Below, one piece after another: positions 1-9,288 of a stretch of DNA of 20,000 nucleotides. The position numbers and the translations under genes are program-made. The DNA is from an uncultured virus (IMG/VR IMGVR_UViG_3300035698_026801). Its lineage: Duplodnaviria > Heunggongvirae > Uroviricota > Caudoviricetes. Location: IMG/VR virus record IMGVR_UViG_3300035698_026801; one strand, written 5' to 3'. Under the pieces are notes generated by a model. That model was not told the origin of the DNA. It searched no databases and saw nothing but the letters and a program-made list of their open reading frames with translations. Positions within the stretch are counted from its first letter, which is position 1. Each line of letters opens with the position of its first letter.

Positions 1-146
1 GCGCTAGATCAGAAATAACTCCAACAGCTTCAGCAACATGGGAACGAAAAACAGTAAATGGTCATTATTATTGGGTTATAAAAGATGATTATTGTTATTC
101 CGATGGAATATTAGATTATAAGGTCATTGTTGAATCAAATATTTAA
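1..146 (+). CDS. 3' end of an upstream gene (partial, hypothetical)
   Basis: Frame starting at base 3 is open (ARSEITPTASATWERKTVNGHYYWVIKDDYCYSDGILDYKVIVESNI) to TAA at 144-146, 22 nt before the next ATG. Confidence 0.6.
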   Translation, partial: ARSEITPTASATWERKTVNGHYYWVIKDDYCYSDGILDYKVIVESNI

Positions 147-168
147 AACATTATTGAGCTGAGGGAGA

Positions 169-3100
169 ATGAAAGTAAGATTATTATTATTTTTAGTAGG
201 TATGATATTAGTTTCAACATTTGGTTCTGCACTTATTTTTGAAGCAGAGGGCTCTGTAAACACCATACCCACAGTTTCTACAGTAGTTTTATCCCCTACG
301 ATTTTATACGCCGACACGAATTTAATTTGTAATACAACAATTACAGATCCAGAAGATTCTACTTTTACGGCATATTTTACTTGGTACAAAAATGATGCGA
401 ATATACTTTCTGGTTCAACTGGCAGCGTTGCAAATAACACAAATACAGAAATAGCGACTTTATTAAGTGGCAATTTTTCTAAGGGCGATGTTTTAAAATG
501 TGAGATTGAAGCGTATGATACAAAAGATAATTCCACGGCGGTTAATTCATCCATAAAAACAATTACGAATTCGATTCCAACTCTAGGTAATCCTACTTTA
601 AATGATTATTCACCTTATACTTCAGATATATTAACTTGTACTCCTACAGGGTATTCTGATGCTGATTCAGATGGTGCCACGTATTATTACAAATGGTATG
701 ATGATGGCGCTATTGTTGCAGATCAAGTTTCTTCCACACTAGATTTGGGCGTTGCAAATTTAGATAAAATAAACGAAATTAAGTGTTCTACAGTTGCTTC
801 AGATGGTACTAGTAATGCAACTGCATGGACTAATTCCAGTGTCGCAACTATTCAAAATTCTATCCCTACTATTGGAACACCAATTTTAAATGATCTTTCG
901 CCTTATACTTCAGATACTTTAACTTGTACTCCTCAAGATTATTCAGATTTAGATGGAGATGGGGCCACTTCTTATTATAAATGGTATGATTCTGATGTAA
1001 TAGTTGCTGGTCAAACTACGAGTACATTAGATTTAAGTGTGGCAGGATTGAATAAAGATGATACAATTATTTGCTCTGTGATTGCAGATGATGGAACCTC
1101 AAATGCCACAGCATGGAAGAATACATCAACAGCTACTATTTTAAATTCTATCCCAACAATTGGAACTCCAACATTAAGTACTTTAATTCCAAATACAGAT
1201 AGTGTTTTAACGTGTACACCACACGATTATGCTGATTTAGATGGAGATGGTGCTACTCAGTATTATAAATGGTATAATACAGGAGTTATAGTTGCAAGTC
1301 AAACAACTAACACTCTAGATTTAAGTGTTTCTGGATTGGACAAAGGGGATACAATTATTTGTTCTAATATTGCAGACGATGGAACTTCAAATGCAACAGC
1401 ATGGATAAACTCATCAGAAGCAACTATTGATAATTCTTATCCAATAATTTCAAATGTAAAATTAATAATAACAGAATTTGGTGGAACTCAAGAAATTACA
1501 TTAAATATAACCGCATCGGATCCAGACGGTATTGCGGATTTGGCTTACGGTAATTTTTCTACGGTTTATGGAGTTTTTTCAGCAGGAGTTTCTGAATTAG
1601 ATATCCCAAATGGTTTAGTTCAAGTACAAACAATTTGGATTAATGATTCATCTAATGGGCAAGATTCATTTTTATTAAATTTTACGCTTTTAGAAGGAGC
1701 ATTAACCAGTAATTCTTCTTACTCTCATACGTTAGCCTTACAAGGTATTGAACTTAATTCAACTTTGTATAATAACGGTTCAAGTTCTATTTCATATGAC
1801 ATAACAGCATACACTCCTCCCTCAGGAGTATTAGATGGCGGTGGTACGTTCACAGGGACTGCCACCGCATTATCTACGAATTATTTGTATAGTAATTGGC
1901 ATGGAGATTTTATCACTTTAGAAGATACAGCTCTTGAAGGTCAAACGGAAAATGCCACAAAATTACACACAGAATCTACACAATATCTTTTGAATACCAC
2001 ACATTTAAATGCTACCAACTCTCAGGCGTTTACATTTGTTGGTGTTGATATTTCTGCTGAATGTACCGAGACCATTTCTGCGGATGTAGGCGCTGGAGCC
2101 ACTAAAATTACAACCACATGTGACACAACAGAGTACACGGTGGATACAATTGACACATATACCTCGGCTGAGTTGTTAGATTCCGCCACAGAGTCAACAT
2201 TAGACACACAGTATATTTACAAGTATAGATGGATCAACAACACGGGAAGTATTGGTTTTACTAATGTGTCTATGGCAACTGCAACTATTTCAGGAACTTG
2301 TTTAAACTGTGAGGTACGTTACAATTCTTTAACTGATGGGCAAAATTCTCAACAATTTTATAACGCATCTTCTACTTGGATTCCATATACAGAAGGGACT
2401 TGGAAGCAAGATACAACAGAAATAACAGAAGCCAATGGTATTTCATATAATACAAAGAATTTGAGTGCTTATAATAACCACTCTAGTATTGATTTTACAG
2501 GCGTTGTTTTAAATTTAGCAAATAAAACTAGTTGGACGTGTGATCCAGTCATTACAGGTACTATTACGTCTACTGGTTGGTTAAATATTACTCAAAGCAA
2601 TAATTGTTCAAAATCCAATGCTTTGACATTTGCTGAGACTTATCATGAATTACTCGATTCAGAAGGTATTATGAATGAATCAAATAGTTTGAATATTACT
2701 GTGACAATAAATAATACCGATGATGTAGCTTACACAAATGTTAAAGCGAATTTTACAACAACGTATCCAAATAATGATATTGTAAGGTATACAAATACTT
2801 CTCAGAATATCTACTCCAATTTGAACATATTGGCAAGCACCGAAACAAATCACTCATATACTGCAACTGGGATCGTAATAGATCAACTATCCGCTAATGA
2901 CCTTGGAGGGTGTGCTACAGGCTATGTTAATTACGGCGCTTATTGTCGAAAGGTAGTTGATACTTCTACTGGTGGAAAATTCTATTATTATGAATATTAT
3001 TTTAACGTAACGCATAACGTGACAAATAGTGTGGATTTAATTCATGAAATTGCTAAAACTAGTTTAACAGATTGGTCTGGAAGAAGCGGCGAAACCTATA

Positions 3101-3957
3101 ATGTAAATGGAAGTGCGATTGATATGTCCATTTCTGAAGATTTAGTTTCAGTTAATCTTACTATTGGAGATTCTCATTCAACATCTTCTTCATCTGAAGG
3201 AATTTGGTATTTATATTTAAATTATTTTAAATCAGGAACATCTCCTGGAGGTGGAGGAGGAAGTGGTAGCAGTACACCAACGGCACCAATAAATCTGACA
3301 ACACTTGGAGAGCCAGTAAAAGTCTTTGAGTTAGAAACAGATTCGGCATTAAATTTATCAGGATATCCTGGACAAACGATTGATTATAAACAATTTGTTA
3401 TTAAAAATTTATTAAGTGAAGAAATAAATGTTTCTTTAGTGCTTTTAGAAGGCCCCGCATGTGCTTGGATCACATTTACAATGGAAGAAGAAGGATTAAA
3501 ATCACTTGATGGATATATTATTTCTGCGCCAGGAGGAACAACTAGATCTGGCGTTTTATATGTAACTGAAAAAATAGAAATTCCAAAGAATGTTACGATT
3601 AAAGATACAAAAGGCTGTAGATTTTTAGTTTCTGCAGCTAACGGATATTCGGAAGAATTTGAATACCAAATTACAATTAAGGAAGGATTAGGTAGCGATA
3701 TTCAAGCCAGTTTTACATCATTTTTTATGAGAACTATAGATTTTGGTGATGGATTGTGCATCGGATCTTGGGGCGCAATGTTTGGTGAAGAAGAAGAATG
3801 TACTTTCAGATTATTTGAAGGTGTCAGATTTAAAGTTTGGCACATTTTCGCAAGTGGTTTGGGACTAATTTTCACCATAGTGTTATTTTGGTGGTTGATT
3901 AGATATGTTAAAGATAAAAAATCAGGGATTCCAGGTTGGATTAGTGGTTTGAAATAG
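169..3957 (+). CDS. Large membrane-anchored cell-surface (glyco)protein with tandem Ig-like repeats, 1262 aa
   Basis: N-terminal signal peptide (MKVRLLLFLVGMILVSTFGSA), tandem 96-aa beta-rich repeats, many N-x-S/T sequons, Gly/Ser linker (SPGGGGGSGSSTP), C-terminal TM helix plus basic tail (FASGLGLIFTIVLFWWLIRYVKDKK); GAGGGAG upstream. Confidence 0.9.
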   Translation: MKVRLLLFLVGMILVSTFGSALIFEAEGSVNTIPTVSTVVLSPTILYADTNLICNTTITDPEDSTFTAYFTWYKNDANILSGSTGSVANNTNTEIATLLSGNFSKGDVLKCEIEAYDTKDNSTAVNSSIKTITNSIPTLGNPTLNDYSPYTSDILTCTPTGYSDADSDGATYYYKWYDDGAIVADQVSSTLDLGVANLDKINEIKCSTVASDGTSNATAWTNSSVATIQNSIPTIGTPILNDLSPYTSDTLTCTPQDYSDLDGDGATSYYKWYDSDVIVAGQTTSTLDLSVAGLNKDDTIICSVIADDGTSNATAWKNTSTATILNSIPTIGTPTLSTLIPNTDSVLTCTPHDYADLDGDGATQYYKWYNTGVIVASQTTNTLDLSVSGLDKGDTIICSNIADDGTSNATAWINSSEATIDNSYPIISNVKLIITEFGGTQEITLNITASDPDGIADLAYGNFSTVYGVFSAGVSELDIPNGLVQVQTIWINDSSNGQDSFLLNFTLLEGALTSNSSYSHTLALQGIELNSTLYNNGSSSISYDITAYTPPSGVLDGGGTFTGTATALSTNYLYSNWHGDFITLEDTALEGQTENATKLHTESTQYLLNTTHLNATNSQAFTFVGVDISAECTETISADVGAGATKITTTCDTTEYTVDTIDTYTSAELLDSATESTLDTQYIYKYRWINNTGSIGFTNVSMATATISGTCLNCEVRYNSLTDGQNSQQFYNASSTWIPYTEGTWKQDTTEITEANGISYNTKNLSAYNNHSSIDFTGVVLNLANKTSWTCDPVITGTITSTGWLNITQSNNCSKSNALTFAETYHELLDSEGIMNESNSLNITVTINNTDDVAYTNVKANFTTTYPNNDIVRYTNTSQNIYSNLNILASTETNHSYTATGIVIDQLSANDLGGCATGYVNYGAYCRKVVDTSTGGKFYYYEYYFNVTHNVTNSVDLIHEIAKTSLTDWSGRSGETYNVNGSAIDMSISEDLVSVNLTIGDSHSTSSSSEGIWYLYLNYFKSGTSPGGGGGSGSSTPTAPINLTTLGEPVKVFELETDSALNLSGYPGQTIDYKQFVIKNLLSEEINVSLVLLEGPACAWITFTMEEEGLKSLDGYIISAPGGTTRSGVLYVTEKIEIPKNVTIKDTKGCRFLVSAANGYSEEFEYQITIKEGLGSDIQASFTSFFMRTIDFGDGLCIGSWGAMFGEEEECTFRLFEGVRFKVWHIFASGLGLIFTIVLFWWLIRYVKDKKSGIPGWISGLK
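568..1431 (+). repeat. Three in-frame 288-bp (96-aa) tandem repeats; a more diverged copy at 259-567
   Basis: NSIPT starts at 568, 856 and 1144, NSYP at 1432 (exact 288-nt period); each unit has LTCTP, D-x-D-x-DG, YYKWY, TLDL, I-x-CS, DGTSNATAW. Confidence 0.95.
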
Positions 3958-3967
3958 AGGTAATTTT

Positions 3968-6900
3968 ATGGACTTTTTAAATATTGTTACAACACACAAA
4001 GGTAGAATTGTTAAGCTTAGTGTTGGTTTTATTTTTATCGTTGTAGCATTTTCAACTGTGTTTTTGTCAACAATTACTAGTTCTGCTAATGCAGATGAGC
4101 AAGAAGTACAAAGTATGATGATCAATAATGAGGTGTATCACGTCGAAGCATTTCAATCAGATAAAATCAATGTTAGTATCAATCAATCTCACATATTATT
4201 TCAAACGAAGGAATTTAATCATACAATAGAGTTTATCGATTTTTATGTTCCATCAGAGCTTCAAACATATTTAGCTTATGTGACTCCTTGTGATCCAAAT
4301 AATATGATTTGTCAGGGTGATTATTTTGATCCAATCTATGATCAAAATAGTTTGTTTCATATTTTGAATGATGGTTGGAACATGACTGAAGATCGACTTT
4401 ACACAAAAACAGATTATTTGTTTAATTCTACGGAAGCTTCTTCAACAGATGTTTCGTCTGCTACAGAGTATTGTTATTATATTGCAGGCGGCGATTGCAT
4501 TTCTACATATTATCCAGTCGGAAGTCTCATCAAATATAACGATCGATACTATCTAAATATTGTTGGAACTTATAATACATATTATCCTGATCAAACAACA
4601 ACAGTTTGGAATGAAATTCAAGCTGAAGCGTCTTCAGGTATACCGGTTGGTTTTGGTAATACAAGGGTCAATCAACTTTTAACAATAGACTATTCTTCGA
4701 ATAATATTGGATTGAAAGATATTTTGGACTCGGGTATTGTAATAGATGCAAGCAGACGAATTGATGTTTCTTTAGATGTACACACAAATCATTTAATTTT
4801 AAATTGGACTTTCATTTACAATGAAGAAATAACAGGAAGTTATCAAGATATTTATTCGGTGCCGATAGAAAAAGTAACATTTAATGCGAGTGTCGATCAA
4901 AAAGGTAGAAATCTTTATCAAAATATTACATATGATAATTTGTATGATGCTGCAAAAAGTGAAGTGTTGCATATTTTATATGAGAAAGATTTAACTTTTA
5001 ATACTGTGAATTTTAATGGTCTCGTTCAAACAAATTGTAGTGTTGATTATAATAGCTATACGAAACCGCATTTAATGACGGCCGGAATAAATTCTAATTA
5101 TATTTTAGATGATTTAACAAATTATAATGAACTATGTTACAATGTTACGTTTCCCGAAGACATGATTAATGTGATTGAAATGCAATTCATTACTCCAGAA
5201 TTATCCGATGGACCAATTTTAACTATCGTTCCGTATCATATAAATTCTTATATCATAGGATCAGGTGGTTCGTTGACAGTATCATCTTCTGTTGAATTAT
5301 GTGGAAATAATGATACATATTCTACAGTGCACGTTACTTCTGGTGGAATATTAAGTATTTGTGAATATAATGGCACCGCTGGTACAGGATATTTAAATTT
5401 GACGCTAGGTCTTACGGGTAATTTTACAGTTGATGTAGGGGGTCTTGTCGATGCCACTGAGAAAGGATATTATTTAATAGCTTCTAAGTACTCACGAAAA
5501 GATGGCTTGGGTCCTGGCGGTGGATTAATGAGTGAAAGTGCGAGTCATGGTGCTGGCGGTGGCGGAGGACATGGTGGTGCTGGTGGTAAAGGTGGCGGCG
5601 GGAGTGGGTATCCTACAGCTGGTGGAGATGGAGGCCCGACATATGGTTCTTTATCTAATATTTCTACAATTGGGAATGTAACTGTTGCAGGAGATATGAA
5701 TATTGGTTCAGAAGGTGGTAGTGATAGTGGCCCAGATAGAAAGGCTGGTGAAGGCGGAGGCTTGATATATATTAATGCGCGTAATGGTATAATTAATATA
5801 CAAGGTAATATGAGTGCGAATGGTGGAACTGGTCATTATGGGGGAACTGGTTATGGTGGTCAAGGCGGTGGTTCTGGTGGTGAAATAATTCTCGTTGGTC
5901 GTATTATGAATATATCTACCGGAACTTTTGAATCGTTTGGGGGTTATGGTGGCAATGGTTACCAGACTTCTGAGGGGGATGGTGGTGGAGGTGGAGGTGG
6001 AAAAATAAGATTTTTTTATATTACTATGATAAATGCTAGTACAAGTCTTAATATTTCTGGTGGTGGAACTCGTGGTTTGTGGGATGCACAACCAGGAGAA
6101 AATGGGGTTATTTATTATGAACAAAGTAAGACTCTATTTTCAGGACCAGAAATTTTTTCAGTTCAAATTGAACCGACAATAGCCGTAAGTACTAATAATC
6201 TATTAGCAAATGTTACATGTACTAGTTATAATGGAGATAATATGTCTGTATATTATATGTGGTATAATAATAAAGCTGTAAATAAAACGGGTATATACAA
6301 TGAATTAGTAAACGGAAGTAATACACAAATTGCAACTTTATTAAGTGGAAACACGTCTGTAAGTGAAGAATGGAAAATCGGAGTAATTTGTTCAGATGGA
6401 ACTATAAATTCTTCCCAAACTAATTCATCAATGGTTAAAATTATAGCATATCCTAAAATTGAAAATATAGCTTTTAATACTACAATATTAGATGTAAATG
6501 AGTCTGTTTTAATAAATATTACCGTAACAGATAAAGACGGAAATGGTACAGTAGAAATTGTAAATGCAACTTTTAAATATCCAAATTCTACACTGCTAAA
6601 TGAAAGTTTTGTACAGTATGTAATTTTACAAGACAATATTAATTCCGAAGATTTTGAAAATGGTATGATTTCTTTTATCGGAGAAACATTTCCAGGGGTG
6701 ATTTTAAGCACAGATGGACTACAAACTCTAGGTAGTTCCAGAGGTTATTATTGTAATAATTATATGGTTGGAACAGAAATAAAAGCAACAGAAACAGGAA
6801 AAATTAATGCAACTTATGCTTATCTTGTAGCTTCTGCTGAAAATACTTGTAAAATGGCAATATACGATTTGTCTAAAAATCTTTTAGGATCTAGTGACGC

Positions 6901-8104
6901 AACTACAATAAATATAGCTAGCAAATTTTTCGAATTTTCATTTTCAACACCGGTTTCGGTAGTTTCAGATACTAGCTATGATGTAGATGTGTGGTGTGAT
7001 GGATCTACAGCTCAAGATTATACTCGATATAATGCTGTAACAGGAAATTGGAATTCTAAATCTGCAACGTATGGAACCTGGCCAAATCCTGGGGGTTATA
7101 CAGAGTCAACAAATAGAAAACATTCTATGTATTTTACAGTAATCTCAGATAGAGTGGTAGATATTGAAAAAAATAAAACATATACAACTTATGATAATAT
7201 TAACGATTCTGTTACAAAAGATTTAACAAATATTAGCGTAACCATAGATATAGATGTTTACGATAATTCTGTCTCTTCTGGTATTGCTAATAATGCAGCA
7301 GATTTAGAATTAAATTTATACGATGGCTCTGATTGGATTAATTTGGGCGAATTTGATGTTTCAGGAACTGGGAATATTTCATTTTCAACACAAAATGCAG
7401 CACTATTAACTGCATGGGACACAATAGCGAATAGAGATTTAAGAATAAGAGGCGTGTGGTTTGATTCTAATTCAACAGATTATGATGAAATAAATTATTC
7501 AGGTGTGTGGGTTGAAATTGAACATGAAGAGATAACAGCAATTTGGCAACATACTTGGACAGATACAGTAAATTCTGGTGTTTATAATATTACTGATGTT
7601 TATGCGCAGGATAATGATGGTGGATTAAATCATACCACATTTTCAGGAAAGATTTTCACTGTTTCGGGCGGAGAAACAACAACATATTTCAATCTAACTC
7701 TTCCAGATGCTTCAGAAACAGAATATGGAAATTCAACACCAACTTCAGAATCAAATGGATCTCAAGATACAAAATATGTTAACTGGTCTGTTCAAGCCAC
7801 AAGTGAAACTCAAAACGAATCATGGGGGTTTTTCCGCTTTGAATGCACTGGAAGCGCCAATTGTCAATGGGATATGTTATTAAATTCGTCGTTGCCAGCA
7901 TCTATGAATATTTATTGTTCTAAAGATAATAGCCCATTTACTAATTTATATAATATAAATTCTACAAATAACGCCACAATTAATACCTCAATACCTAGTG
8001 GAGGCGGAATAGAAGAACTATGGTGCTGGACAAATTACACAAATGCGGTTGTAGCGGATACTGTACGATTGAAAATTACTCATTATAGTTCGGAAGGAAC
8101 GTAA
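3968..8104 (+). CDS. Large secreted adhesin-like protein, 1378 aa, with glycine-rich domain, Ig-like domains and C-terminal pilin-like domain
   Basis: N-terminal hydrophobic segment ending SSANA; Gly-rich region ~5500-6110 (GGGGGHGG, GGGSGG, GGGGGG motifs alternating with hydrophobic beta strands); Ig-like domain sharing IATLLSGN with the preceding gene; no C-terminal TM; RBS GAGGT. Confidence 0.88.
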   Translation: MDFLNIVTTHKGRIVKLSVGFIFIVVAFSTVFLSTITSSANADEQEVQSMMINNEVYHVEAFQSDKINVSINQSHILFQTKEFNHTIEFIDFYVPSELQTYLAYVTPCDPNNMICQGDYFDPIYDQNSLFHILNDGWNMTEDRLYTKTDYLFNSTEASSTDVSSATEYCYYIAGGDCISTYYPVGSLIKYNDRYYLNIVGTYNTYYPDQTTTVWNEIQAEASSGIPVGFGNTRVNQLLTIDYSSNNIGLKDILDSGIVIDASRRIDVSLDVHTNHLILNWTFIYNEEITGSYQDIYSVPIEKVTFNASVDQKGRNLYQNITYDNLYDAAKSEVLHILYEKDLTFNTVNFNGLVQTNCSVDYNSYTKPHLMTAGINSNYILDDLTNYNELCYNVTFPEDMINVIEMQFITPELSDGPILTIVPYHINSYIIGSGGSLTVSSSVELCGNNDTYSTVHVTSGGILSICEYNGTAGTGYLNLTLGLTGNFTVDVGGLVDATEKGYYLIASKYSRKDGLGPGGGLMSESASHGAGGGGGHGGAGGKGGGGSGYPTAGGDGGPTYGSLSNISTIGNVTVAGDMNIGSEGGSDSGPDRKAGEGGGLIYINARNGIINIQGNMSANGGTGHYGGTGYGGQGGGSGGEIILVGRIMNISTGTFESFGGYGGNGYQTSEGDGGGGGGGKIRFFYITMINASTSLNISGGGTRGLWDAQPGENGVIYYEQSKTLFSGPEIFSVQIEPTIAVSTNNLLANVTCTSYNGDNMSVYYMWYNNKAVNKTGIYNELVNGSNTQIATLLSGNTSVSEEWKIGVICSDGTINSSQTNSSMVKIIAYPKIENIAFNTTILDVNESVLINITVTDKDGNGTVEIVNATFKYPNSTLLNESFVQYVILQDNINSEDFENGMISFIGETFPGVILSTDGLQTLGSSRGYYCNNYMVGTEIKATETGKINATYAYLVASAENTCKMAIYDLSKNLLGSSDATTINIASKFFEFSFSTPVSVVSDTSYDVDVWCDGSTAQDYTRYNAVTGNWNSKSATYGTWPNPGGYTESTNRKHSMYFTVISDRVVDIEKNKTYTTYDNINDSVTKDLTNISVTIDIDVYDNSVSSGIANNAADLELNLYDGSDWINLGEFDVSGTGNISFSTQNAALLTAWDTIANRDLRIRGVWFDSNSTDYDEINYSGVWVEIEHEEITAIWQHTWTDTVNSGVYNITDVYAQDNDGGLNHTTFSGKIFTVSGGETTTYFNLTLPDASETEYGNSTPTSESNGSQDTKYVNWSVQATSETQNESWGFFRFECTGSANCQWDMLLNSSLPASMNIYCSKDNSPFTNLYNINSTNNATINTSIPSGGGIEELWCWTNYTNAVVADTVRLKITHYSSEGT

Positions 8105-8151
8105 CTTATATATATGATTCAAAACAAAATAAGAGTAAGTAAGGTGACTTA

Positions 8152-8697
8152 ATGGAGCCAAACACAGAAAAACAATCTAAACTAGCAAAAACTGCTTCTA
8201 AAAAGCAAGGTAAGAAAAAGTCTGTTGGAAAGATAGTTTTTGTAAGTATTATGGTTCTTTTAATCGCTGGCGCAACTGGAATGTATTTCTTTCAAGATGA
8301 GATTTTTGGAACGGAAGCAGCTACAGAAGTTAAGGTTAATCAAAAAGACACCCCCAAAATTGAATATTCAGGTCAAGTCTTATATGACAATCACATTGAT
8401 ACTGAAGACCATTTTGCAGTTTCTTTGAATCTTGCTTCAAGAAGTAGAATTCAAATGATTATGAATATGGAAGAACCAGTATTATTCTTTGTTTATGATC
8501 AATTAAAATATGAGGCGTATCTTGATGAAGATTTTTATAATCCAAAAGCAACTTCAGGATGGAGCACATATATAAATACATATAACCAAATATTTGATAT
8601 AAACGAGGGTGAAGGGGGAACTTATTGGATTATAATTGAACCTCAAAATACCAAAATAAAAGGAGACATCAAATTAATAAAATACGCAGACTTATGA
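8152..8697 (+). CDS. N-terminally anchored membrane protein with a beta-sandwich-like extracellular domain
   Basis: Lys-rich N-terminus, one TM (IVFVSIMVLLIAGATGMYFF), beta-rich soluble part; RBS AAGGTGA. Confidence 0.8.
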   Translation: MEPNTEKQSKLAKTASKKQGKKKSVGKIVFVSIMVLLIAGATGMYFFQDEIFGTEAATEVKVNQKDTPKIEYSGQVLYDNHIDTEDHFAVSLNLASRSRIQMIMNMEEPVLFFVYDQLKYEAYLDEDFYNPKATSGWSTYINTYNQIFDINEGEGGTYWIIIEPQNTKIKGDIKLIKYADL

Positions 8698-8709
8698 GGT
8701 TAAAAAAAA

Positions 8710-9261
8710 ATGAAACTAAAAATACCCTTAGCACTTTTCTTAAGTGCAGTATTGTTTGTGGGCGCCGGAGGTTTTGTAAGTGCAGCAACAGAAACAGTTA
8801 CTGTTGATCTTTTATTCAACGTTGCTGCAAATGATGCATTTACCGTTACGCTATATCTAGAAAGCGCAGATAATTCTCCTGGTGCTACGTCTAAAAACAT
8901 TGAATTTAATAGTACAACAGGGACTGATTTATGGATGAGTCCTTCTGTTGAGGGTGGAACAGGAACACAAGAAAGTTCACATCCGATTATTGAAATCGAT
9001 AATACAGGCAACACAAATTTACAGATAAATATCAGTATAGACTCTTCTGTTGGTGCATGTTTGGGATTAAGATATAATGCCACAGATTGGTGTGCAACAC
9101 CAGCAACATGTGCGACAGCATTAGATACAACAGAAATTGAATTAGATGATTCATTTACTCCGGTAGAAGGAGCAATTGGATTGTATTTGTACGGTAATTT
9201 TTCAAGTTGTGCTTCAACAGCAAGCGATACCGCAACAATGACAATTGAAGGAACATCTTAA
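8710..9261 (+). CDS. Small secreted protein, candidate major pilin/fibre subunit
   Basis: Signal peptide ending VSA/A; alternating beta strand right after cleavage (ATETVTVDLLFNV); I-x-NTGN-x-x-L-x-I-x-I motif; acidic, Thr/Ser rich, four Cys, no TM anchor; RBS GAGGT. CDS is solid, function is inference. Confidence 0.75.
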   Translation: MKLKIPLALFLSAVLFVGAGGFVSAATETVTVDLLFNVAANDAFTVTLYLESADNSPGATSKNIEFNSTTGTDLWMSPSVEGGTGTQESSHPIIEIDNTGNTNLQINISIDSSVGACLGLRYNATDWCATPATCATALDTTEIELDDSFTPVEGAIGLYLYGNFSSCASTASDTATMTIEGTS

Positions 9262-9288
9262 ACAATTTACTCAGAGGTAATCAGTAAA

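Noticed and set aside
568..1431. Repeats as CRISPR array or DGR template/variable pair
   Set aside because: In-frame 288-bp coding repeats without spacers; differences not restricted to adenines; no cas or reverse transcriptase gene in window.
135..9083. Minus-strand ORFs 135-554, 2022-2207, 3922-4125, 5248-5457, 5708-6124, 6253-6711, 8700-9083
   Set aside because: Antisense shadows of long, well-supported plus-strand genes; no motifs or RBS.
8710..9261. Type IV pilin/archaellin
   Set aside because: No class III signal peptide (basic-G/A followed by retained hydrophobic helix); hydrophobic stretch precedes an SPase I-type site.
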